Shown one piece after another: positions 10,875-20,005 of a DNA stretch of 64,000 nt. Origin of the DNA: an uncultured bacterium (GTDB taxonomy: Bacteria > Bacillota > Bacilli > Lactobacillales > Lactobacillaceae). The notes beneath the pieces were generated by a model, which saw nothing but the letters and a program-made list of their open reading frames with translations, did not search any database and was not told where the DNA came from. The first letter of the stretch is position 1, and each line of letters opens with the position of its first letter. The translations under genes and the position numbers were made by a program. The stretch is taken from positions 124,090-188,089 of the forward strand of contig CAJMMO010000003.1 in the NCBI GenBank assembly GCA_905214545.1, read 5' to 3'.

Positions 10875-12472
10875 TTAAGATCCTCCTCAAAAGTCTTAAT
10901 GATGTCGTTGATGCCTTCCATAATGTCACTGTCGTCAGACGTCAGCTGCTTCAGCATCCCCACCAACTCTTTTTCGTTGTCCTTAATCTGTGCGTTAACC
11001 TCGTTCAATTCCTTCGAAACCTGTCTCAAGTCAATTTCCGGCTCTGGTTCAAACGTATCCACATAGCGCGGAATATTCAGGTTAAAGTCATTTTCCTTAA
11101 TCTCATCGAAGCTGGCCAAGTGTGCGTACTTATCCACATCCTTGCGCTCTTCATAAGTCTTGATGATCTTGTCGAGGTCTTCTTGCCGCAGCTTATTCTG
11201 GTTCTTCCCCTTCTCAAATTCCTTGGAAGCATCGATGAACATCACGCTACGGTCCTTCTTATCCTTCTTCAAGATCATAATCGTCGTTGGAATCGAAGTA
11301 CTGTAAAAAAGGTTTGCTGGTAAACCAATAACCGCATCAATTGAGCCATCTTCCAGCAGCTTTTGGCGAATCTTGCCTTCCTTAGCACCCCGGAACAGAA
11401 CCCCGTGTGGCAAAACAATCGCCATCGTACCAGTGTTCTTCAAGTGGTAGAAGCCGTGCAGTAAGAAGGCGTAGTCGGCCTTAGATTTAGGTGGCAGCAC
11501 CCCGTACTTGCTAAAGCGCGGGTCTTCCAAGAAGCCTTTTGCAGATGACCAGTGCAGTGAGTAAGGCGGGTTCATAACCACGGCGTCAAAGTTAGTCTTA
11601 GCAGAAGGTGGCCAGTCCGCATCAAGCGTGTCACCGTTACGCAGGTGTTGGTTGGCGGTATCAACACGGTGCAAAATCATGTTCATGCGCGCCAAGTTGT
11701 AAGTTGAGGTGTTAATTTCCTGCCCATAGTAGATGATCTCGTCCTTACGTTGAGCGTACTTTTTAAAGTTCAACAGCAAAGAACCTGAACCCATCGCTGG
11801 GTCGTAAACGGTCATCCCGTCTGGGTAGTTTTTGCCAACCAGAGTCAGGCGGGTCAACAGCTCTGAAACTTCTTGTGGGGTGTAGAATTCGCCGGCCTTC
11901 TTACCTGATTCAGAAGCAAATTGGCTGATCAGGTATTCGTAGGCGTCACCCAAAGTGTCGCCACTAGACTTAACCAGTTCTAGGTCACTGATGGCTGACA
12001 AAACGTTGCTGATCGTGTCAGCCTGCTTTTGAGCGTTGCTACCTAAGCGTCTTGAAAACAAGTCGACGTCGTCAAACAGGCCTTCGAAAGTGTTGCTAGT
12101 ACCTTCAATTTCCTTAAAGGCATCGGCCAGATTAACAATCTGGAAGGAGTGGTCGTTGACGTGCTCCATGATCTTGGTGAAGGTATTTTCTGGACTCAAG
12201 AGATAAGAAAGCGTCTCTTTCAACTCGCGGAGAAGATCTTCGTCGTCAGCATTTTCTTCGTACAGTTTCTGAGCCTCGAACAGAGTGGTTTTATCACGAC
12301 CATCACCAATCAGATCGGCAACTTCGTACAGCAAGCTATCTGACAAGTACTTGAAGAAAATAATACCCAGCAGGTAGTTCTTATATTCGTTGGCGTCCAT
12401 CTTTGAACGCAGGGCATCAGCTGCGCGAAACAGCGTGACTTGCAAGCTTTTACTTTCATTAAATTCAGGCAT
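10871..12472 (-). CDS. hsdM: Type I R-M methyltransferase HsdM
   Basis: GEFYTP, DPAMGSGS, NPPY, FNLNIPRYV. Confidence 0.96.
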   Translation of the reverse strand: MPEFNESKSLQVTLFRAADALRSKMDANEYKNYLLGIIFFKYLSDSLLYEVADLIGDGRDKTTLFEAQKLYEENADDEDLLRELKETLSYLLSPENTFTKIMEHVNDHSFQIVNLADAFKEIEGTSNTFEGLFDDVDLFSRRLGSNAQKQADTISNVLSAISDLELVKSSGDTLGDAYEYLISQFASESGKKAGEFYTPQEVSELLTRLTLVGKNYPDGMTVYDPAMGSGSLLLNFKKYAQRKDEIIYYGQEINTSTYNLARMNMILHRVDTANQHLRNGDTLDADWPPSAKTNFDAVVMNPPYSLHWSSAKGFLEDPRFSKYGVLPPKSKADYAFLLHGFYHLKNTGTMAIVLPHGVLFRGAKEGKIRQKLLEDGSIDAVIGLPANLFYSTSIPTTIMILKKDKKDRSVMFIDASKEFEKGKNQNKLRQEDLDKIIKTYEERKDVDKYAHLASFDEIKENDFNLNIPRYVDTFEPEPEIDLRQVSKELNEVNAQIKDNEKELVGMLKQLTSDDSDIMEGINDIIKTFEEDLK

Positions 12473-12484
12473 TTCTTTTTCCTC

Positions 12485-13033
12485 CTAATTGTTTTTATCT
12501 TCAATTCTTAAAAGTTCTAAAATTGCTGCATTAGATTTTGCGATGTATTCACGCTGCATCTGGTTGTTAACGAGCATCTGTGAATAAATGCGACCAATGC
12601 GTTGTTGGACTGCAAAGTCTGGCAATTCAATGTTTAGTTTTTTAGCTGTTGTGCTCGTCAACAGTTTCATAACTGTCCCCTCTAGGCGTTTGTGGAGTTG
12701 GTGTTTAATCGACTGTGACTCGTTAAGCACGTAGCACAAGTACCAAGGATCGATTTTGCTTCTATCAATTTGAAACTTTAACACGCTTTGTAGGATTGCT
12801 TTACCAGCATTTTCTTCTGAGACAACTGCTGCGGTTTGGGACAACGAGTTGAAAACTACATCCCCTGCGCTAACGAGGCCGCTCTCGCTAGGCTTGTATT
12901 CGCCTTGATAGCCGGCGGTCAAGTCGTGGCTTAGGTCTTCCGCTGTGTAGGTGTCGTGGCCAGCGGAGACCAGCTTTAATTTTTGACTGTTCAAGCCCAT
13001 GGTAATCTGGGCAATGTCTTTGAGTTGTTGCAT
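12485..13033 (-). CDS. Half-size single-TRD HsdS-like protein
   Basis: L.DIA.I..G, GDVVF, IDP.YL.Y.LN, L.I.LP....Q..IG; first gene of the hsd operon. Confidence 0.75.
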   Translation of the reverse strand: MQQLKDIAQITMGLNSQKLKLVSAGHDTYTAEDLSHDLTAGYQGEYKPSESGLVSAGDVVFNSLSQTAAVVSEENAGKAILQSVLKFQIDRSKIDPWYLCYVLNESQSIKHQLHKRLEGTVMKLLTSTTAKKLNIELPDFAVQQRIGRIYSQMLVNNQMQREYIAKSNAAILELLRIEDKNN

Positions 13034-13060
13034 TTTTTATTCTCCTGAGTTCATAATTTT

Positions 13061-13145
13061 TAATACTTTAGTTAAAGTATTAATCAGCTGATGGTTTAAG
13101 TATCGTCCCAAGGGAATATTTTGTCAATACTTTAGCTAAAGTATT
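13061..13145 (-). promoter_or_regulatory. hsd operon promoter flanked by two palindromic operators
   Basis: TAATACTTTAGTTAAAGTATTA (13061-13082) and AATACTTTAGCTAAAGTATT (13126-13145); TTGACA on minus strand at 13127-13122. Confidence 0.65.
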
Positions 13146-13201
13146 TTTTATAAACTGCAAAACAAAAACACCATCCCCCACAGGATGGTGTTTTTTACTG
13201 C

Positions 13202-15160
13202 TTATCTTCTTTTCTTTCTAAATGCCAACAAACTAAGCACGCCAGCCACTGCCAATGACAGCAGGCCTATAAGGCTGCCGGCATTAGTCTCTTCGCCGGT
13301 TTGCGGCAGCTTAGCCGCATCCCTTTTGCCAGGAAGCGCTGAATCAGCGGCCTGACCCGGCGCTGCCGGATTCGACGGCGTTTCCGCTGGAACCCCTGGC
13401 GAGTTCGGATCGGTTGGTTCCTCGTTAGGAACTTCCGGCGTAGTCTCCGGAGTCGTCGGCTTTTCCTTATCTGGAGTCGTCGGCTTCTCTTCAGGATCTT
13501 TTGACGGATCTTGCGGGTTGGTTGGCGGCGTCACGGGATCTGTTGGACCTTCAGGATCTTTTGGATCTTCAGGGTCTGTACCACCATGATCTGGCGGAGT
13601 CACAGGCTTGTTCTTTTCAACTGGTACGACTAAGTCGACCAAACCAAAATTGTCATCGACTTTGATAGTGCCTGGGTACTTATAATCAGCGGTGAGCTTA
13701 TATCCTTCTGGCACATGATCGTTGATAGTCTTATTTAGGTCGTCAGTGAAAACAACACGCTTGGTGTAGAGGCTTGTGACTTTCCCCGGCAACGTTACGG
13801 CATCGCCCACCGTTTTGTTAGGATCATGCTCAGCGACGTCGTGGTAAACGATCTTTTGAGTTACATTTTTAGGCGCCGTGTAGACCAAGATCATCGCCTT
13901 GCCCGTACTATCCTCATCATTACCCAGGGTATTAATCCAGGCAAAAGAGTAGCCTGCCCGCCCAATATTTGGCTTAATCATCCACACTGGTTGGGGATTA
14001 TCTTCGTTATCTTCGTTATCCTCGTCATTTTCAGTGTTTTCGTCGTCAGGTTCGACTTTAACAACATTATTTGGGTCGATTTCCTTGCCCAACGTAGTCT
14101 CAGTAAGCTTCTCTATCTTGGTTCGATCGGCATAAGGCAAGGCTTCTAATAGGCTGTCCAAGCCGTCATAAGATGTGAGGGTAATCTCTTTATCTCCCAG
14201 CTTAACTTTGATTGTCACTGCGTCTGCATTTTGGAGTTCGAAGTTATGATCTCCCCATTCATCCACCACATCCTTCCAAACAGGTTTTTCATCCCAACTG
14301 ACTTCAGCATCCTCAGGGATCTCGCTCACCCGTTGCAGAAGAACATGTGGATCAATATGATCTCTGTCATACAAGCGCATGTTGGTCAGAGTACCAGAGC
14401 TTGCCAGTTCTGGTCTCCACTAAGTACTCAAATCGACTGAGATGCGAATTGGCTGGTCATCGGTGGCATCACTAAGCCCGTCGAGATCAACATCGTTAAC
14501 TCCGTACTCAGCTTTCAGTGTCTTGGCATAATTACCATTAGCAATAAATCCTTCTAATTTCTGGTAGGTAGGGTCATCATAATCAAAGCCTACATAGTCC
14601 TCGTCAACTTCTTTATTAATGTAAAAAGTATGGCGTTCCAGCACCTCACCGTTTGCTTTATTGTAAACTTCGATAACTTTTTTAATTTTGTTTTCATCGG
14701 GTTCGCCGTAGACGTTGCCGTAGCCAGTATCCTCTACCTTATCTGCATCTGCAGCTGGCTTTTCCTTATTAGAATCATCACCGTCAGTATCGCCGACAGT
14801 TGACTCGCCTTCGCCTTCACTAGCATTGTTGGCCTCAGGATCTTGTTGGTCATTATCAGTTTGATCCTGTTCCTCTTCAGAAGCACTTTGCTCGCTCTGT
14901 TGGTCATCACCAGACTGCTCCTGCGTTTGATCCTCAGAAGCATTCTGCTTATCTTGTTGATCAACCGCCTCATTCTTAGTAGTCTGTTGCTCAGTCTTGC
15001 CGTCCTTTTGCACAGCAGCAGGCGTGCCGCCATCAGCAGCATCCGCCTTCACCGTCTGCACCGGCAGCGCCAAACTCGTCCCAATCAGCACAGACGCCAA
15101 GCCCACCTTAGTCTGCCATGAGATCTTGCTCTGTCTGCCTCTTGCCTTTTTTTCATTCAT
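13202..15160 (-). pseudogene. LPXTG surface protein split by in-frame TAG at 14420-14422
   Basis: Signal peptide and acidic linker; frame continues WRPELASSGTLTNMRLY after the TAG; PT/PE-rich stalk, LPQTG, TM, KKRR. Confidence 0.85.
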
Positions 15161-15309
15161 AATCTTATCCTCGTTGCCCGGCATCCCTCGCCGAACACTT
15201 CTATATCTTGATCTTATCATGTCCAGCCCTGTTCGCGGTCATGATTGCGTACACATTTTTCAGCAAAAAACCATCCCCCAACACTTCGTTGAAAGGATGG
15301 TGAATTCTG

Positions 15310-17280
15310 CTATTGTTTATTTCTCTTTTTTGTTAAAAACAGGCCCAGCAGCCCTGCCGCTGCCAAGGAAACTAAACCTAAAACTTGGGCCAGGCTGCTT
15401 GCCTTGTCGCCCGTCTGCGGCAGCTTTGCTGCTTGCGGGGCAGCCTGTGCCTTCTTGGCTACCTTAACAGGTTCTGCCACATGCGCGTTTTCAGTTGGGG
15501 CCAGCGGTGAAACCGGCATCCCCGGTTCAACCGGCGTCTCCGGATCTTCTGGGACGGCTGGAATTTCTGGGTCAGCAGGTTCTGCAGGAACTTCCGGAAT
15601 TTCCGGCACTACCGGCTGTTCAGTAGTTGTCGGCTTGTCTTCAGGAGTGCTTGGCTTTTCCTCAGGAGTGGTCGGCTTGTCCTCGGGGTCTTTTTGAGGG
15701 TCGGTCGGGTTGTTGCTGTTTTGCTTGACCAGCTTGACGACGATCGGCTTTAAATCCTTGCTGTATACGATATCGCCTGGGTAGGAGAAGCCGTCCGCGA
15801 TTTCGTAGCCGGCAGGGATGTGGCCGTCGATGAGGCTGGCTAAGTCGCTGGCTTTGAAGGAGTCAGGAACGGTGTACAGGCTGTAGATTTTGCCGTCGGC
15901 GCCGGTGCTGGCGAGCTGGTTGCCGTCTTCATCGACGTAGTTGATTTGCTGTTTGACGGAGAGAGGGTCGGTGCGGACGATGACCATCGTCTTATTGTAG
16001 TCTATGGAAGGATTGTAATAATGGTATCCGTCGTCAACATTTAAGGCAATCCACCCATAAGAAAAGCCCGCGCGGCCTACGTTAGGCTTGATACCCCAAA
16101 TTGGTAATTCATCTAAAAACTCGCCTGGTTTAATAACTAGCTTGTCAGCATTTTGCAATTCACCCAGTTGAGTAACAATCACATTGGTAAATTCAGAATC
16201 AGGATAGTCTAGCGCGAGAGCAGTCAGTGCATTATTCAACCGGTTGTCGTTGTCAGTGCCTTTAATGGTGACCGGATCTTGCCCCGGAATCTCTACTAAC
16301 ATGGCGATTTTGTCTGGATTGTTCAAGATCGGTGAAGTGTAACTTCCGAGCGAATCCCAATCCGGTGCAACGGACCAGCTAACTTTAGTGCCTTTCGGCA
16401 TTAAGCCGCTTTTTTGTAAAAACAGTGCTGGGTCTACATTGTTGTCATTGCTTACAGCATGCAGGCGACAATACGTGTTGGAGTACCAGGAATCGACCAC
16501 TTCCGGTTGCCAATCTTTTTGACTAACTGGAATTTTGATCAGTGCGTTTTCGTCATCGAATTTAAGTTCCCAATCCCTCCAAAAGCTGTCAAAGTCCAGA
16601 CCATAAGAAGAAACTAAGTTGTAGCCAAAAAAGCGTTTCACGTTATTGACATAAACGTCATCATCCGGTTCACCGCCAAAATAGAAAGTCTGTCTATCCA
16701 AGACTTCACCGGTATCTTCGTCGTAGATTTCCAGAACTTTGGTCTTCAGTTTATCGTCAGGGATCTTGTCCTTGTCGCCGTAGACAATGCTGTAGTCCGT
16801 GTTTTTAACGGCCTTTTCTGCGGAAGAGTCCTGCTCTTCTTTTTTGTCGTCTGAGTTATTAGGAGTTGCAGCTTCTTTAGAAGAATCAGTCTCAGAAGAC
16901 TTTTCTTCAGAACTCTTTTCTTCTGGAGTAGCTTCCTGCTCAGAACTCTTTTCGTCAGAAGTATTCTCTTGCTCAGAGTTACTGTCTTCAGTAGTAGCTT
17001 CTTGCGCAGAGCCCTTTTCTTCAGAACTGTTTTCCTTAGAACTATTCTCTTCAGGAGTAGCTTCTGACTCAGAGCCGTTTTCTTGCTCAGCAGTTGCAGT
17101 CAGAGCAGCCTCAGTTTTTGGCTCCGTCTGGCTCACCGCCACCACCGCACTATCAGTCGTCTCCGCCTTAACCGTCTGCCCCTGCCACGCAAAACTGGTG
17201 CCAATCAACACGGAAGCTAAAGCTACCTTCGTCTGCCATGATAATTTCGTCTGGCCGCGGCCACTCACCCTAGTTTTCAT
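15310..17280 (-). CDS. LPXTG-anchored surface protein, paralog of 13202-15160
   Basis: Shared SWQTKV.LASVLIG and IKPN.GRAG.S..WI motifs; LPQTG, TM, basic tail. Confidence 0.9.
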   Translation of the reverse strand: MKTRVSGRGQTKLSWQTKVALASVLIGTSFAWQGQTVKAETTDSAVVAVSQTEPKTEAALTATAEQENGSESEATPEENSSKENSSEEKGSAQEATTEDSNSEQENTSDEKSSEQEATPEEKSSEEKSSETDSSKEAATPNNSDDKKEEQDSSAEKAVKNTDYSIVYGDKDKIPDDKLKTKVLEIYDEDTGEVLDRQTFYFGGEPDDDVYVNNVKRFFGYNLVSSYGLDFDSFWRDWELKFDDENALIKIPVSQKDWQPEVVDSWYSNTYCRLHAVSNDNNVDPALFLQKSGLMPKGTKVSWSVAPDWDSLGSYTSPILNNPDKIAMLVEIPGQDPVTIKGTDNDNRLNNALTALALDYPDSEFTNVIVTQLGELQNADKLVIKPGEFLDELPIWGIKPNVGRAGFSYGWIALNVDDGYHYYNPSIDYNKTMVIVRTDPLSVKQQINYVDEDGNQLASTGADGKIYSLYTVPDSFKASDLASLIDGHIPAGYEIADGFSYPGDIVYSKDLKPIVVKLVKQNSNNPTDPQKDPEDKPTTPEEKPSTPEDKPTTTEQPVVPEIPEVPAEPADPEIPAVPEDPETPVEPGMPVSPLAPTENAHVAEPVKVAKKAQAAPQAAKLPQTGDKASSLAQVLGLVSLAAAGLLGLFLTKKRNKQ

Positions 17281-17494
17281 CTCAGTACTCCTGGCGGTTA
17301 AATAACCGATCACCTAATATTATTTTGTAATTCAAGTATACTGTACACAGCTTGTAAACACAATCTGCCAAATATTAAGTTTTTGTTTAAATAAGGATAA
17401 CTGTTATTATTATCCAATCAAAAAAAGCCCCTTCTCTTTAAAAGAAGGAGCTTTTTTCAGTCAATAGGGATCTCAGTTAGTTTGCAAATGTTAA

Positions 17495-18118
17495 CTAGTA
17501 GCCGAGCTTTTTCAGCCAGCTGTTAACCTTCTTTTGGGCCTTCTTTGGGTGCTTTTGCACGTAAGTGCCGCGCAGTGAAAAGCCCTTGCGTACCTTCGCC
17601 TTTGAGAATTGCTTGCTTAAAATCTCGCTGGTGTCAGCCAAGCCTGAACCTTCATTAGTGGTAAACGGGATCAAAGTTTTGCCGTTTAAGCCAGGCTCTT
17701 TGTCCAAGAAGGTCCGCACAACCATCGGGTAGGTGCCCCACCAAACCGGAGCGCCGATGAAGACGGTGTCGTACTTAGAAACGTTTGGCAGGCTGCCCTT
17801 CAAAGCAGGACGGGCGCCGTTTTGTTCTTCGCGCTGGGCGCGGTCAGCAGTCTTCTTATAGCTGTTTGAGTACTGCTTCTGCGGTTCAATCTGGTAAACG
17901 TCAGCCTTGGTGCGCTTTTTAATCGCGCGGGCTAAGCGCTCGGTGTTGCCGACCTTCAAAGGCCCCTTGTAGACGCCTTCGCGGCGTGAAAAGTAAACGA
18001 CTAAGACTTTCTTGCTGCTCTTGGCAGCGTATGCTGGGGTGCTGGTTGAGCTAAACCCGACAAAGACGGTCAGCACGGCGGCGAGGGCCGCTAAGACCAG
18101 CAAAAACTTCTTTTTCAT
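17495..18118 (-). CDS. Flavodoxin-like protein with N-terminal signal peptide
   Basis: VVYFSR...GNT..LA, YDTVFIGAPVWWG, PFTTNEGSG; MKKKFLLVLAALAA...AYA leader. Confidence 0.85.
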   Translation of the reverse strand: MKKKFLLVLAALAAVLTVFVGFSSTSTPAYAAKSSKKVLVVYFSRREGVYKGPLKVGNTERLARAIKKRTKADVYQIEPQKQYSNSYKKTADRAQREEQNGARPALKGSLPNVSKYDTVFIGAPVWWGTYPMVVRTFLDKEPGLNGKTLIPFTTNEGSGLADTSEILSKQFSKAKVRKGFSLRGTYVQKHPKKAQKKVNSWLKKLGY

Positions 18119-18173
18119 GGCAAACTCCTTTCAGATCAATCTCACTTTACGCTTATCATTATAATAAATAGAA

Positions 18174-18578
18174 AGCCATGATATAATTAATTATGAGATA
18201 CGTTGTCGTGCGCAATGCGCATGACAAATAAAAAGCCTTCAGCATGGTTGGAAAGTTGCTGAAGGTTTTTTTGTGCCTATAAGTAATCGTGCAATTCAAA
18301 GCTTTACTTACACATATCTGCAAACAGCCATGATATAATAACTGTGGAGTATATATTCGGTGCATTACTCTTACGCCCTTTCGCATGACAGGGTGAACGA
18401 CTAGACAGGTTAATATTCCTGCACGAGAAAAGCCTCTAGCATTTTGCTGGAGGCTTTTTTCTATTGTTCACACTGCTATCATGATACAATTAGTAATGAA
18501 GAATATCGTGCAAAATTTGGTGCATGTACAAACACAAAAGCCTTCAGCAAAGTCCGAAAGTTGCTGAAGGCTTTTTTT
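18174..18578 (+). other. Three tandem promoter-short transcript-terminator units (candidate sRNAs or leaderless micro-ORFs)
   Basis: TG-A-TATAAT at 18179-18187 and 18331-18339, TG-A-TACAAT at 18482-18490; related AAAAGCCT..AGC/GCT..AGG(C/T)TTTT terminators at 18231-18272, 18428-18460, 18536-18578. Confidence 0.6.
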
Positions 18579-18580
18579 AT

Positions 18581-19237
18581 TTATCTAAAATACAAAACAT
18601 TTTCATCCGGCTGTCTTCTCGACCGGTAATCATTGATCTTCTCGCCGGCTTCCGGGTAGCCCAGCGAAATCCCAATGATGAACTTCTCATCGTCCGGCAC
18701 CTGCAACACCTTGTGCAAAACGTCCGGGTGCTGCACGCTGTGGTAAGTCGGAATCGTCGCAATCCCCTTATCTGCCGCCAGCAGCATCACGTTTTCCGCA
18801 AACAGGCCGCTGTCAAAAATCGACCACTCCGGCGTCTGCGTCGGCACCGTGATGTACAAGATCGTCGATGAGTAATAAAGCTTGTCGCCGGCATCGTTGA
18901 TCGTACTGTCTGCTTCTTCGTAAGTGTCAAAATGGTGCACGATGTCATGGCGCCACAGCCGCATGTTTTCCTGTGAGCGCACATCCCAGTCGGTGCGGGA
19001 CATCACCTTGATGTCCGGGTTGCTGTGAATGCCTTGGGCCTGTCTGTCCTCATAGGCCTTTTTGATCTTGGCCAGAGCTTCGCCCTGGGCGCAGTAGACG
19101 CGCCAAGGCTGAGAGTCGACCCAGGATGGGGCCCGGCTCGCCAGCTTAACGATTTCCGCGATGGTGTCCTTGTCTACTTCTTGGTCGGAAAAGTGGCGGA
19201 CCGATTGCCGCTTATTGATTACATCTTTTAATTCCAC
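18581..19237 (-). CDS. Nitroreductase
   Basis: R.SVR.F, APSWVDSQPW, FDSGLF..N.ML.A...G; probable GTG start at 19237. Confidence 0.9.
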   Translation of the reverse strand: MELKDVINKRQSVRHFSDQEVDKDTIAEIVKLASRAPSWVDSQPWRVYCAQGEALAKIKKAYEDRQAQGIHSNPDIKVMSRTDWDVRSQENMRLWRHDIVHHFDTYEEADSTINDAGDKLYYSSTILYITVPTQTPEWSIFDSGLFAENVMLLAADKGIATIPTYHSVQHPDVLHKVLQVPDDEKFIIGISLGYPEAGEKINDYRSRRQPDENVLYFR

Positions 19238-19379
19238 AATTATTTCCTCTCTTCCAGGGATCATTGTAGCAAACTTCACAATAAAAGCAGGTATTTTTGA
19301 CAATTGTCCGCACTCTTTACACATTTTGCGCACTGCTTGGCATGTTATGATGTTAAAAAATAAAAAAAGGTGGGTACAA

Positions 19380-19865
19380 ATGAACTACGAAATTCGCCCT
19401 GTTGAAAAGTCTGATCTAGAATCCATCGTCGCTATCGAAGCTGCGGCTTTTGACATGCCAATCGAAATGACCCGCAAGGACATGCTGGGCCGCATCGATA
19501 ATTACCCTGACACTTTTTTAGTTGCAGCAGTCGACGGCCAAGTCGTCGGCCACGTCTTTGGCCCCGCTGCTCATGAGCGCTACATCAAAGACGTGCTCTA
19601 TTACGACAACCATGAAAACCGGTCTGCAGATCCCTACCAGACCGTTTTGAGCCTGGCCGTTGCGGAGCAATATCGCAAGAATGGCATCGCGACAGCTCTC
19701 TTGGATGAGCTGAGCAAGGTTGCTGCCAGCGAGCACCGCAAGGCCGTCACCTTGACCTGCCTGCCCAAGCTCTTCGACTTCTATGAAAAAAGAGGCTTCG
19801 TCAACGAAGGCCCCACCGCCGATGACATCCCCGAAGCCAGTTTCAACATGGTAAAAACTCTGTAG
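19380..19865 (+). CDS. GNAT N-acetyltransferase
   Basis: SLAV...YRKNGIA..LL, LTC...FYEK.GF. Confidence 0.9.
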   Translation: MNYEIRPVEKSDLESIVAIEAAAFDMPIEMTRKDMLGRIDNYPDTFLVAAVDGQVVGHVFGPAAHERYIKDVLYYDNHENRSADPYQTVLSLAVAEQYRKNGIATALLDELSKVAASEHRKAVTLTCLPKLFDFYEKRGFVNEGPTADDIPEASFNMVKTL

Positions 19866-19916
19866 ACACAAACATCCCCTTCTGGGGTGTTTTTTTTACC
19901 CTCTTTTTTAAAAACC

Positions 19917-19951
19917 GGGGCATAAGCCCCCATCTGGCCAACACTGCCCAT
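19917..19951 (+). promoter_or_regulatory. Conserved upstream motif copy 1 (GGCATAWG-N7-GGCMAA..ACTGCCCA)
   Basis: Related copies at 22183-22217, 38489-38529, 39441-39481; each TGCCCA lies 23 nt before CATA(A/C)T. Confidence 0.65.
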
Positions 19952-20005
19952 GTTTTGCCCGCCCCCTTTTTGCCATAATTTTTGACCAGAAAGGGGTCTT
20001 TCAAC

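Noticed and set aside
18174..18578. CRISPR array
   Set aside because: Repeats are promoter and terminator elements of unequal spacing, not identical direct repeats; no cas genes.
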